DNA of 64,000 bases, taken from NCBI GenBank assembly GCA_965207455.1, contig CBDBMJ010000001.1:928001-992000 (forward strand), in the 5' to 3' direction. Position numbers and translations under genes: made by a program. The stretch is from Bdellovibrionota bacterium. Lineage in GTDB: Bacteria > Bdellovibrionota > UBA1018 > CAIPTA01 > JAALKR01. The notes beneath the pieces were generated by a model. The model saw only the letters and a program-made list of their open reading frames with translations. It was not told the DNA's origin and ran no database searches. This document shows positions 19,566 to 28,138 of this stretch, in pieces (the first letter of the stretch is position 1; every line of letters starts with the position of its first letter).

Positions 19566-20894
19566 ATGGAAAATATAAAAATTCTTATCACCATTGGCCT
19601 GTATTTATTCTTCCTCTCTACCCCCTCTGAGGCAAGAAAACTAAGAACCCGTACCACCAGCAAGCTGGAAATGTCTAACCTATACTACCCCCATAAAATC
19701 CCAACAACAGAAACCTCCTCCCTACTCATTCACGGAGAACTCAATACAACACTAAGATGGAGACCCTTAAAAGCAATCATTCAACCTGTGGGAGAATATG
19801 AATACCGCAACAATGGAAAAAAATATTTCTTCTACGATATCCCAAATGGATATATAGAATGGAAAGCCATTCCTTTTGTTCTAAAAGCGGGAAATCAAAT
19901 TTATAATTGGGGCGTTGCTGATGGCATTAACCCGGTTGACGTGCTAAATCCTAAATATTTAAGAAACCCATTGCACGCAAAAAAACTAGGCACTCCCTCA
20001 GCTAGCCTAAAGTGGAGTAAAAAAAATACAAGCGTGGAAATGGTATATATTCCTCGACAAAGAAAAGGAACTTTGCCAGATAAGGATAGCCGTTGGCTTC
20101 CAAGAGGAGATATACTCAAAGACCCTGTCAAAGACCCTGAATATAGAGGTATTGAAATTAAACTCCCTGAAGAAATATTTTACCACTATGAAACAGCAAG
20201 TGAAATCGATAACTCTTTAGACCATAACTATGCACTCCGCTTTCAAACCTTCCTAGGAGATATAGACTTTTCTTTTATCTATTTTGAAGGTGCTCCCAGC
20301 CTACCGTTTGCCCTTTTTGAAGTAACATCATCAGGGCATTTTGATAATGACTCCATAGAAATAGAAATAGATAAAGATATTACCATTATACCCACATTTT
20401 TTAAAAAGCGAATCTATGGCGCTACCCTTGTATTCACTATAGATAAACTGATTGTCCGCTATGAAGGAGCCTTTAACCAACAGATCTCTCAAGATTCAAT
20501 TTTGCCAGGCCACTTTCATGAACATATACTAGCCCTAGAATACCCTCTATCCATTGGAGATAAAGATATAAGACTGCTGGCACAAGCAACTTATTTAAAC
20601 TATACATCAAAAAAAGAAGGCAACTCATCCACCTCCCTAAATAGGGTTTTTGATCAAGCATTATTGATGGGAGCTTATTCTAGTTTAAGTGAAAATATGT
20701 CTATATTGGCTACTGCCATGTGGGATATAAAACACAAAGGATTTATATATAATCTTAATATAGACTACAAACTCTTGCATTCACTAAATACCACCCTATC
20801 AGGAACCTTTCTAGATGATACGTCCACAGATACACCCATAGGAGCTAACAAAAAAAATGCCTTCTATACTTTTAACCTAAAATGGCATTTCTAA
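19566..20894 (+). CDS. Outer-membrane beta-barrel (DUF1302-like), typical partner of MMPL/LolA-like systems
   Basis: Signal peptide, GNQIYNWGVADGINPVDVLNP, amphipathic strands and C-terminal aromatic signature (LKWHF). Confidence 0.7.
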   Translation: MENIKILITIGLYLFFLSTPSEARKLRTRTTSKLEMSNLYYPHKIPTTETSSLLIHGELNTTLRWRPLKAIIQPVGEYEYRNNGKKYFFYDIPNGYIEWKAIPFVLKAGNQIYNWGVADGINPVDVLNPKYLRNPLHAKKLGTPSASLKWSKKNTSVEMVYIPRQRKGTLPDKDSRWLPRGDILKDPVKDPEYRGIEIKLPEEIFYHYETASEIDNSLDHNYALRFQTFLGDIDFSFIYFEGAPSLPFALFEVTSSGHFDNDSIEIEIDKDITIIPTFFKKRIYGATLVFTIDKLIVRYEGAFNQQISQDSILPGHFHEHILALEYPLSIGDKDIRLLAQATYLNYTSKKEGNSSTSLNRVFDQALLMGAYSSLSENMSILATAMWDIKHKGFIYNLNIDYKLLHSLNTTLSGTFLDDTSTDTPIGANKKNAFYTFNLKWHF

Positions 20895-20904
20895 AAACCT
20901 ACTT

Positions 20905-20934
20905 GACTACCAGCAGCCAAGACTACCAGCAGCC
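20905..20934. repeat. Tandem duplication, 16-bp period
   Basis: GACTACCAGCAGCC-aa-GACTACCAGCAGCC between convergent genes. Confidence 0.85.
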
Positions 20935-20938
20935 GAAC

Positions 20939-22477
20939 TCACCAAACAAGATACAAATCCTTATTCTCAATATAAAACCCCGACGGGCTAGACTCATTTT
21001 TAGAAAACCAATCCGGCAGGTTTAGATATATGATTTTGCGCTTCACATGACTTTCTATAAATGATGCTACAGTACTAGCTCTGATTTTTTCATTAGGACG
21101 ATAGGTTTCTACATAGCTTTCATTCCAGCGATATTTGAGATCCACATCCACATCATTAAACTTCATGGCAAATTTTCCATCCTCCACATACAACTTCACT
21201 TCCCCCGATAGTTTTGCTCTAAATTGAACATAAGATATATAACGACCCTTAATAGGCACCTCCATACCAATAAGAACTGACATATATATATCTCCAATAA
21301 TCTCTCCTTTATTTCTTCCAGTTTTTAAATTTCGTATGCTTGGTGGCGATGGTGCAAATGTATGAAACAAAAAATCTGTATCTTTAGGATATTTTAAAAG
21401 ATCAGGAAAAACTGCTTTTAATAGCCTTCGTTTATTTTTCACTAAATCTTGAAAATACTCAAACTCGTAGGTATGAATTGTTTCATTAAAAGACCCTGCA
21501 ATTTGGTGCGCCATAATTGCATAACGCAAGAATTTCACAGGAATCTGCATCGTTGTTTTATTTTCAAATGTAAGCATTGAACCTAAAGGATCATTAAAAT
21601 TGATAACAGTATCTTCTTTTAAAAAACTTTGTGTAACTTGAGCTTTCATTCTTCCTTCATTAATGATTTGTCCGTCATCTGTAACGCTTAATTGTTCTAT
21701 TTCTGTTAATAAATGCAGAGAACCTTTCTGTTTATCGGAGTTTAAAGGAGATAACATAATATTAGTAATACTATCTCCCCAACCATCAAGAAATCCTTGG
21801 ATGGATTTACTTAATTCAGCCTGTATCTCTTGTTTAGGACGTTCTAAATAGGCCAAAACTTCCTGTCTTACTTTTCTGTCGAAACCTCTGGATAATCCTC
21901 TGCAAGCTAAGTGATTTACAGACCAAGTATTTCCTGGCCAATCCACTTCCGACTCCAAATTATGGAACTTAAACTTATTATTTTCCAAAGTAAGCCCAAC
22001 ACGAGTGAATATTTCTGCACCCAATGCGCTTGTTAAGCGAACATCCTTGCAGGTACTCTGTAAGCGTGAACTTACTATTACACCACTAGCAACTTGCCTT
22101 CGAATAACTGTATCTACAGATATGCTACCTATAGCAAGGTCTACCCGTAGGCTTCGGGATCGAGTTTCCCACTCCAAGGTAGAAGCATCTCTCTCAGGCG
22201 GAGTCATTTGGTAATAGGCCACTCCTGTAATATCTTCAAGGGCAACAGGTATTTCAATATCACTCACCTTAACGTTTATATCAAAATCCTCAATCTGGAA
22301 CTCATTCCTATCTTCCACATTAGGCCATTCCTCTAAGATTACCTGTTCCATATGCTCACTGCCTAATTTCACACGAAAGGGTGTACTGGCTTCCCAGCTC
22401 CCTGATTCATTTAAGAATTTTCCTGACGCTGTTGGTATTAAAACGATTATAAATAACAATAAAGATATTTTTTTCAT
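20939..22477 (-). CDS. Secreted hypothetical protein (possible BPI/TULIP-like lipid-binding fold)
   Basis: Signal peptide MKKISLLLFIIVLIPTASG and long beta-strand/helix alternation. The fold assignment is inference only. Confidence 0.6.
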   Translation of the reverse strand: MKKISLLLFIIVLIPTASGKFLNESGSWEASTPFRVKLGSEHMEQVILEEWPNVEDRNEFQIEDFDINVKVSDIEIPVALEDITGVAYYQMTPPERDASTLEWETRSRSLRVDLAIGSISVDTVIRRQVASGVIVSSRLQSTCKDVRLTSALGAEIFTRVGLTLENNKFKFHNLESEVDWPGNTWSVNHLACRGLSRGFDRKVRQEVLAYLERPKQEIQAELSKSIQGFLDGWGDSITNIMLSPLNSDKQKGSLHLLTEIEQLSVTDDGQIINEGRMKAQVTQSFLKEDTVINFNDPLGSMLTFENKTTMQIPVKFLRYAIMAHQIAGSFNETIHTYEFEYFQDLVKNKRRLLKAVFPDLLKYPKDTDFLFHTFAPSPPSIRNLKTGRNKGEIIGDIYMSVLIGMEVPIKGRYISYVQFRAKLSGEVKLYVEDGKFAMKFNDVDVDLKYRWNESYVETYRPNEKIRASTVASFIESHVKRKIIYLNLPDWFSKNESSPSGFYIENKDLYLVW

Positions 22478-22546
22478 TTTTTCATGTTCTCCCTTGACTA
22501 CTAGCATAACAAAATACTAGAATAAAATAAACGGGTATTTTTAATT

Positions 22547-25500
22547 ATGTTAATTTTTTTTAATAAAGAACGGAAACAGGTAAAAAGGCTACAGCTAGTG
22601 CCTAATCATGACTCTAGTAATGATCGTACTAAGCGCCTCCTACGATCCTCCTGGCTCATGATCCTTAGCTTAAGTGCTATTGCCCTACTTGGACTACTCT
22701 CCATAGATAAACTCCAAACCGAATACTCCATGGAGCAGTTTCAATACAGCGAACATCCTAACAAAAAACAAGAAGAAAAAATAGAAAACCTCTTTGGCGC
22801 AAATAAAGACGCCCCCATCTACCTACTCTTACAAATTGGCCCTCAAGAAAAGGGCACTTGGTTGGAAGAAAAAAGAATTGCCAAAATGAGAGAAGGTACT
22901 CAATATATTGACAATCTTTCCACAGTAGATAAAGTCACAAGCATCGCTACAGTAGAAGGTGCCACCACAAGTGATTCAAGCATTCAACTAGACCCAATCC
23001 TAAAAAATACTCCCACTAGCCAGTGGAAAGATCGCATATTAAAAGACCCTCTACTTAGTCCAAATCTTATCTCCAAAGACGGGCGAACAGCTCTTATCTA
23101 TATGGAGTTAGGAAAGAGTATTAATCCAAATCAAGTAAAAGAAACAGCAGGGCAAGCCAGTACAAAATTTCAAAAAATATTCCCACAGTCCCGGGTTCAT
23201 ATAGGAGGCTTTCCTATTATACATGCAAGAATGAATGGTTTGCTGACTTTAGAAATCATACAAATATTTGGAATTGCTATAATTTTTATGATTTTTGTTC
23301 TTCTTCTTGTGTTCAAAAATATATCAGGCATAATAATCCCACTGTATATTACAGCTCTAACAAATTTCATTGTACTTGCGTTTATGATATTTTTTGAATT
23401 TCCTTTTACTGTTCTATCCAGCACACTCCCTGTAATTATATGCACCATAATTGTTTCGCTTGTTATGCATACCATGATTCGTTTTTATAAAGAATATACG
23501 GATAAAGAAAAAAAAGAAAAAGCAATAATAAGGACCATGCGTTTACTATTTGTACCTAACCTACTCACTTCTCTTACAACATGTGTGGGCTTTATTGTTC
23601 TGTGTACAGCGGATGTACCTATTATTTCTCAATATGGCCTTGTTGTTTCTGTGAGTACAGTATTGGCTTGGGCTTGCTTCATGCTAGCTCTTCCTGCTTG
23701 CCTAATGATATTACCCACACCAATACCAAGGAATTGGACTCAAAAAAGTTCCAAGTTATTTTTATTTATTCCTAGGTATAGTAAACCTATTTTTATTGGA
23801 CTATGTATTTCCATTGTAATGATGTTAATAGTTGCGAAAGATCAAAACAATTCTGCCACTTTATTTCACGATATACCTAAAGATGATGCTGCTGGAAAAA
23901 CTACAAAATATATTGATGAAAAAATGGGGGGTATAATTCCATTAGAACTGGCACTACTATCACCAACAGAAAATTTTTGGGGTATTCCTGAAAACATCCA
24001 AAAAATGGATACATTTATCCAAAAGTGGCGTAGCAATCCAGAAATTGCTAACATAATTGGACTTTCCGATTTCTTACGAGCAGGCAACATAGAAAAACCC
24101 TTGCCAAAAACAAAACAAGAAATTGCAGAAATCTATTTCCTTTATTCTTTATCTGAGAATCAAATATTGAATTCTTACCTCACAGGGGCCAATAATAAAT
24201 CAAGAGTATCTATCCGATTCCAAGATATACCTTCCGATAAAATAAATATTTTAGTAGAATCACTTAAAGCAGATGCTGCAATTTTCTTCTCTGGAGTAGA
24301 AATACTAATATCAGGGGCTGCCGTTACTGTACATAGCGCCAATAAAGCTCTCAGCGAAGAACTTATTAATGGATTTTGGATGACTTTATTAATTATTAGC
24401 CTCTTGTTAATGATTATTTTCCGTTCCATACGCTGGACCATCCCTGCTATTGTTGCTAATCTCTTTCCTCCCATAACTCTCCTATCATGTATGGCTCTTT
24501 TCAATACTCCCATAACCCCATATGTGGCTATTATATTCTCTATATCACTGGGCATTGCTTTTAATAATACGGTTTATCTTCTTGGTCGCCTACGCTCTCT
24601 ATATATAGAAGGGCGTTATAACAGCGCTCCCATACAGTTGACTATCTATAAGGAAGGCCTACCCTGCATTCTCTCCACACTTCCCATACTTGTTGGATTC
24701 TTAGTCTTTTTCACCTCAAATTTTCAAATGAACCAAACCTTTGGCATGTATATGGTTATATCCATTATAAGTGGACTAATTGGTGATTTAATGCTTATGC
24801 CATCCATGATTCAGCTATTCCCAAATCTTGTGCCATCTATTAAACCACCTAAACAACCAATAATAGTAGATGAACAAAAGGTAAGCATTAGAGAAGAAGC
24901 TAAAATTTCAGTAGCTAGCATCTTAATCCTCCTAACCTTACTCTCAGGAGGAAATGCCATAGCCAGTGAAAACAAGCAAGCCTTAGAGACACAACCTAGT
25001 AAGATGGAGAAAAATCCTACTGCTAAAGAAATTCTAAAAAATATAGAAGACAATATGTTTGCTAAAACTGAGTATGCTAAAATAAAAATGAAAATTATCG
25101 AAAAGAACGGAACAAAAAAAAACAGCAGCATGTCTATCAAAAGAAAATCAAAAAATGGAAAAAATAGCGTAATGGTTCGAATGATAAGCCCTACCGATAT
25201 AAGAGGTACAGGTCTATTAAGCATACATGAAGGTGACACCAGGAATCAATGGCTATTCTTACCATCTTCAAAACGAACTCGAAGAGTATCCAGCAATAAA
25301 AATGGCGGCTCTTTTCTTGGATCAGAGCTAAGCTATGAAGATTTAAGTGGGAATTTATGGTCTCATAACAAAAGTAAAATCATAAAAAATAAAATGATAG
25401 ATGGAAAAGAGTTTTTTGTGATTAATGTAGTACCGAGAAACAAGGAAAGCGTTTATAGCAAAGCCATTCTTCTAGTTGCTAAAAAAAATAGTCTATTAAA

Positions 25501-25714
25501 GAAAATACAGTATTATGATAAGAAAGGAAACTACCTTAAAGTTGCCGTCTTCTCAAAGTATAAAAAATTTAAAAATAATATTTGGCGCGCCCGAAAATTG
25601 AAAATTAATAATGTACAGAAAAAAAGACAAACAATTCTTCTTTTAAAAAATATTAAATTAAATAAAAAAATAAAAGATTATTACTTCTCAATAGCTCACC
25701 TGGAAGACATATAG
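22547..25714 (+). CDS. MMPL/RND-family transporter fused to an outer-membrane lipoprotein-sorting (LolA-like) domain
   Basis: Two MMPL repeats (TSLTTCVGF; FSISLGIAFNNTVY). The C-terminal domain has PTDIRGTGLL, QWLFLPSSKRTRR and SFLGSELSYED. Confidence 0.88.
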   Translation: MLIFFNKERKQVKRLQLVPNHDSSNDRTKRLLRSSWLMILSLSAIALLGLLSIDKLQTEYSMEQFQYSEHPNKKQEEKIENLFGANKDAPIYLLLQIGPQEKGTWLEEKRIAKMREGTQYIDNLSTVDKVTSIATVEGATTSDSSIQLDPILKNTPTSQWKDRILKDPLLSPNLISKDGRTALIYMELGKSINPNQVKETAGQASTKFQKIFPQSRVHIGGFPIIHARMNGLLTLEIIQIFGIAIIFMIFVLLLVFKNISGIIIPLYITALTNFIVLAFMIFFEFPFTVLSSTLPVIICTIIVSLVMHTMIRFYKEYTDKEKKEKAIIRTMRLLFVPNLLTSLTTCVGFIVLCTADVPIISQYGLVVSVSTVLAWACFMLALPACLMILPTPIPRNWTQKSSKLFLFIPRYSKPIFIGLCISIVMMLIVAKDQNNSATLFHDIPKDDAAGKTTKYIDEKMGGIIPLELALLSPTENFWGIPENIQKMDTFIQKWRSNPEIANIIGLSDFLRAGNIEKPLPKTKQEIAEIYFLYSLSENQILNSYLTGANNKSRVSIRFQDIPSDKINILVESLKADAAIFFSGVEILISGAAVTVHSANKALSEELINGFWMTLLIISLLLMIIFRSIRWTIPAIVANLFPPITLLSCMALFNTPITPYVAIIFSISLGIAFNNTVYLLGRLRSLYIEGRYNSAPIQLTIYKEGLPCILSTLPILVGFLVFFTSNFQMNQTFGMYMVISIISGLIGDLMLMPSMIQLFPNLVPSIKPPKQPIIVDEQKVSIREEAKISVASILILLTLLSGGNAIASENKQALETQPSKMEKNPTAKEILKNIEDNMFAKTEYAKIKMKIIEKNGTKKNSSMSIKRKSKNGKNSVMVRMISPTDIRGTGLLSIHEGDTRNQWLFLPSSKRTRRVSSNKNGGSFLGSELSYEDLSGNLWSHNKSKIIKNKMIDGKEFFVINVVPRNKESVYSKAILLVAKKNSLLKKIQYYDKKGNYLKVAVFSKYKKFKNNIWRARKLKINNVQKKRQTILLLKNIKLNKKIKDYYFSIAHLEDI

Positions 25715-25737
25715 GAAACGGGCGGACCTGGGTCTGT

Positions 25738-25820
25738 GAGCCTGTAAAGTAAATTGTGTAACTTCGTTTCTAGTACCTGATTATTTCCTAAAAAAACAAT
25801 CAAAATTACTTTACAGGCTC
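25738..25820. mobile_element. 83-bp MITE derived from the IS256 terminal inverted repeat
   Basis: The first 26 bp (GAGCCTGTAAAGTAAATTGTGTAACT) equal the reverse complement of 61899-61924. The element ends in TTACTTTACAGGCTC, a 15-bp perfect inverted repeat. Confidence 0.85.
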
Positions 25821-25883
25821 CCCTTCCGAGCAGACAGACCCTAGCTTGAAGCTAAGGTCTATCGCCTAGATATTTATAGCTCT

Positions 25884-26528
25884 TTAAGCTGCCTTTCCAT
25901 CCCGACTATTTTCCAACACTTTATGGGCAATTTTCTGTAATAAGTGTTGATATAAAGTACTTGTGGTTTCCAGTGTACTTAATACCACCTTCTTCCTATC
26001 CTCAGTGAATTCATCTTCAATTCGCTTAATTCCCATGGGAAAATGATCTTGATCTATAGTAGAATGCAGCCTCAGAAACTTTGTTGCTTTTGTGTCCATA
26101 GCATTCTCTATCCGTATTGCCATTGGTTCACAAACCTCACAACTAAGACCCTCTAATAACAAAGCATAGCTCAGGTGAGCATCTGGACCGTTTTGTTGAA
26201 TCTCATAGTATTGACTAGCTAATAAAGCTTTTACTTCAGGTAAGGGTGGTGCCATAGATACATGACCCAAAGATTGCATGTCCTCTATAAATATAATATC
26301 ATGACCCTCCTCTTCTTTTAAGTGTTCAGTCCACCAATTAAACTCTTTCTCATTTTCCACATCCACTTTGGAAGCACAAAGCGCAAGATACCGAGTAGTG
26401 TGCTGAATTAAATGATAATGTTGATTCATCCACTGACAATAAAAATCTTTATTCTCAAATGGTACTTCCTTTATAACCACTGATAACCTATCGATTTCCT
26501 CTTGAAACTCTTTTAATATACTCATCAC
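25884..26528 (-). CDS. Heme-oxygenase-like diiron oxidase (iron-containing redox enzyme; TenA/PqqC/CADD-like)
   Basis: Metal-ligand pattern EHLKEEEGH ... LLEG ... HSTIDQDH (H-x3-D-x2-H). Confidence 0.8.
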   Translation of the reverse strand: MMSILKEFQEEIDRLSVVIKEVPFENKDFYCQWMNQHYHLIQHTTRYLALCASKVDVENEKEFNWWTEHLKEEEGHDIIFIEDMQSLGHVSMAPPLPEVKALLASQYYEIQQNGPDAHLSYALLLEGLSCEVCEPMAIRIENAMDTKATKFLRLHSTIDQDHFPMGIKRIEDEFTEDRKKVVLSTLETTSTLYQHLLQKIAHKVLENSRDGKAA

Positions 26529-27226
26529 ATTGCCTCCTTGTTTATACGTTTTATTTGTTCATTCGTACCTAAATATTTTCTATTCTTCCAGAAATGATCT
26601 ACCATGCTATTTACTGATTCTTTGGGATATAAGCTGGGCTTAGAGCAAAACATTTGAACAACTGGATTATGGTGCATTTCCTTTTTATTTGAAAATTCTT
26701 CAAAATTGAATTTTCTTGCTGTAGATGCCGAGGGCACATCTGATCTAGCTAAAGTAATTCCACCATCTAAATTATCCTCCAGTTGATGCTTAATACTTAA
26801 TCCAGCAATAATAGCACCAAAATTTACCCCTGTCTTTCGAGCAGTCCATTCTGAATCAACCATAAGATATTGAAAAGATTGTACTAGATTTATTCCTTCT
26901 TCTTTCATTCTTGTAAAAAATTCTTGATCATACGAAGAAAAATAAGGATGGTCACTCATCTCACAAGAAAGATTATAGGTAGACAATAAGTTCATGCTAA
27001 TGATCTTCGCCCCTTGCAACAGTGCTGTGATTTTATCCTGTCGATAAAAATCTAAAGAATCTACCTTTATATCTTCACCCATGCCCTGGTAATGACTCTG
27101 CCAATACTGTTTCCAATAAGAATAGAGTTGGTTGTACACTTCAACTCCCTCAAAAGATAGGGTTGGCTTTCCGGGTACAATCACATAATCTATTTCATCT
27201 AAATTTATATTTACTCTTCTAAGCAT
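26525..27226 (-). CDS. Hypothetical protein, possible GNAT/acyl-synthase-like fold
   Basis: Overlaps the diiron enzyme start (ATGTGA). Segments DFYRQD, YLMVDSEW and GITLARSD..ARKFNFE suggest an acyltransferase-like fold (inference). Confidence 0.6.
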   Translation of the reverse strand: MLRRVNINLDEIDYVIVPGKPTLSFEGVEVYNQLYSYWKQYWQSHYQGMGEDIKVDSLDFYRQDKITALLQGAKIISMNLLSTYNLSCEMSDHPYFSSYDQEFFTRMKEEGINLVQSFQYLMVDSEWTARKTGVNFGAIIAGLSIKHQLEDNLDGGITLARSDVPSASTARKFNFEEFSNKKEMHHNPVVQMFCSKPSLYPKESVNSMVDHFWKNRKYLGTNEQIKRINKEAM

Positions 27227-27233
27227 GTTTACC

Positions 27234-27261
27234 TACTCGACCCATCGATCAGAAAAGTTTA
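27234..27261 (-). promoter_or_regulatory. sigma28-like promoter, possibly giving a leaderless transcript
   Basis: Minus strand TAAAC-N15-GTCGAGTA, ending 7 nt before the ATG at 27226. Confidence 0.45.
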
Positions 27262-27373
27262 GGGAAAATTAAAAAAAATAAAATATATTTAATTCAGCAA
27301 AAAACCTTATTAGGTTGAACTTTTTTTTCAGAAAAATATTGAAATCTGTATGTTTTATGTTATTTAAAAATAA

Positions 27374-28138
27374 GTGAAGCTAATCTCAGACAAAAATATT
27401 TTTAATAGCAAAAAACCTCCCAACCCAAAGATAATCTTTGAAATACTAGAGGAAATTGCTTCCGAATACTGTCAACACACAAAAGAAAATAGCGCCATGC
27501 GTCTAACCTCAGTCCATGACTATGAACGAAGTTCCTTGCTAGAAAAAATCTCAAACCTTTCCATCGACAACCAGAAAAAAAGACTCGATGAATCTATTCA
27601 GCGATATGAAAATGTCAGAAATATCTATAAAACAGGCACCATATTCTATCAAAAAAAACGGAGCCTCAATGCCTTTTTACGCCTCCATCGCCTGAGGATG
27701 CCTAACGATAGTGAGGTATTTCAACTAATAAACAATGAAACCTTAATAGAAATATATAACCTACACTCTTCCCAAGTATACCGCAGTCTAGATTTTATGG
27801 ATTTTGTAAGTCACAGCATAATGTCTTTAGAGGTTTCAGAATGGTGGGAATTATTTTCTCGATCTGAGAAAATTCTCAGTAGAATTTATGGCTTGGCTTT
27901 GGACATATATAGTGGAAAAGTGGAAGAACCCATCTTTAATCCAGTAGGCTTGCATACAGTAAAAGAAATTAATTCCAGAACACCATTATGCGCCCAACTC
28001 CTCCCCTTGGTTTATGCCCCTCTGTTTACTCAAAACGGAAAGGTAGAAGGAGCACTTCACCTCTTCAAGATCGAAAGCCTACAATCCCTAAATTTCAAAG
28101 TAATTAGCACTAAAAATACCTCAAAATCACTAAGCTAA
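27374..28138 (+). CDS. Hypothetical cytoplasmic protein with PAS-like C-terminal segment
   Basis: IEIYN...QVYRS..F...SHS...L...EWWELFSR and APLFTQNGKVEGALH, which resembles a PAS C-terminal strand. Confidence 0.6.
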   Translation: MKLISDKNIFNSKKPPNPKIIFEILEEIASEYCQHTKENSAMRLTSVHDYERSSLLEKISNLSIDNQKKRLDESIQRYENVRNIYKTGTIFYQKKRSLNAFLRLHRLRMPNDSEVFQLINNETLIEIYNLHSSQVYRSLDFMDFVSHSIMSLEVSEWWELFSRSEKILSRIYGLALDIYSGKVEEPIFNPVGLHTVKEINSRTPLCAQLLPLVYAPLFTQNGKVEGALHLFKIESLQSLNFKVISTKNTSKSLS

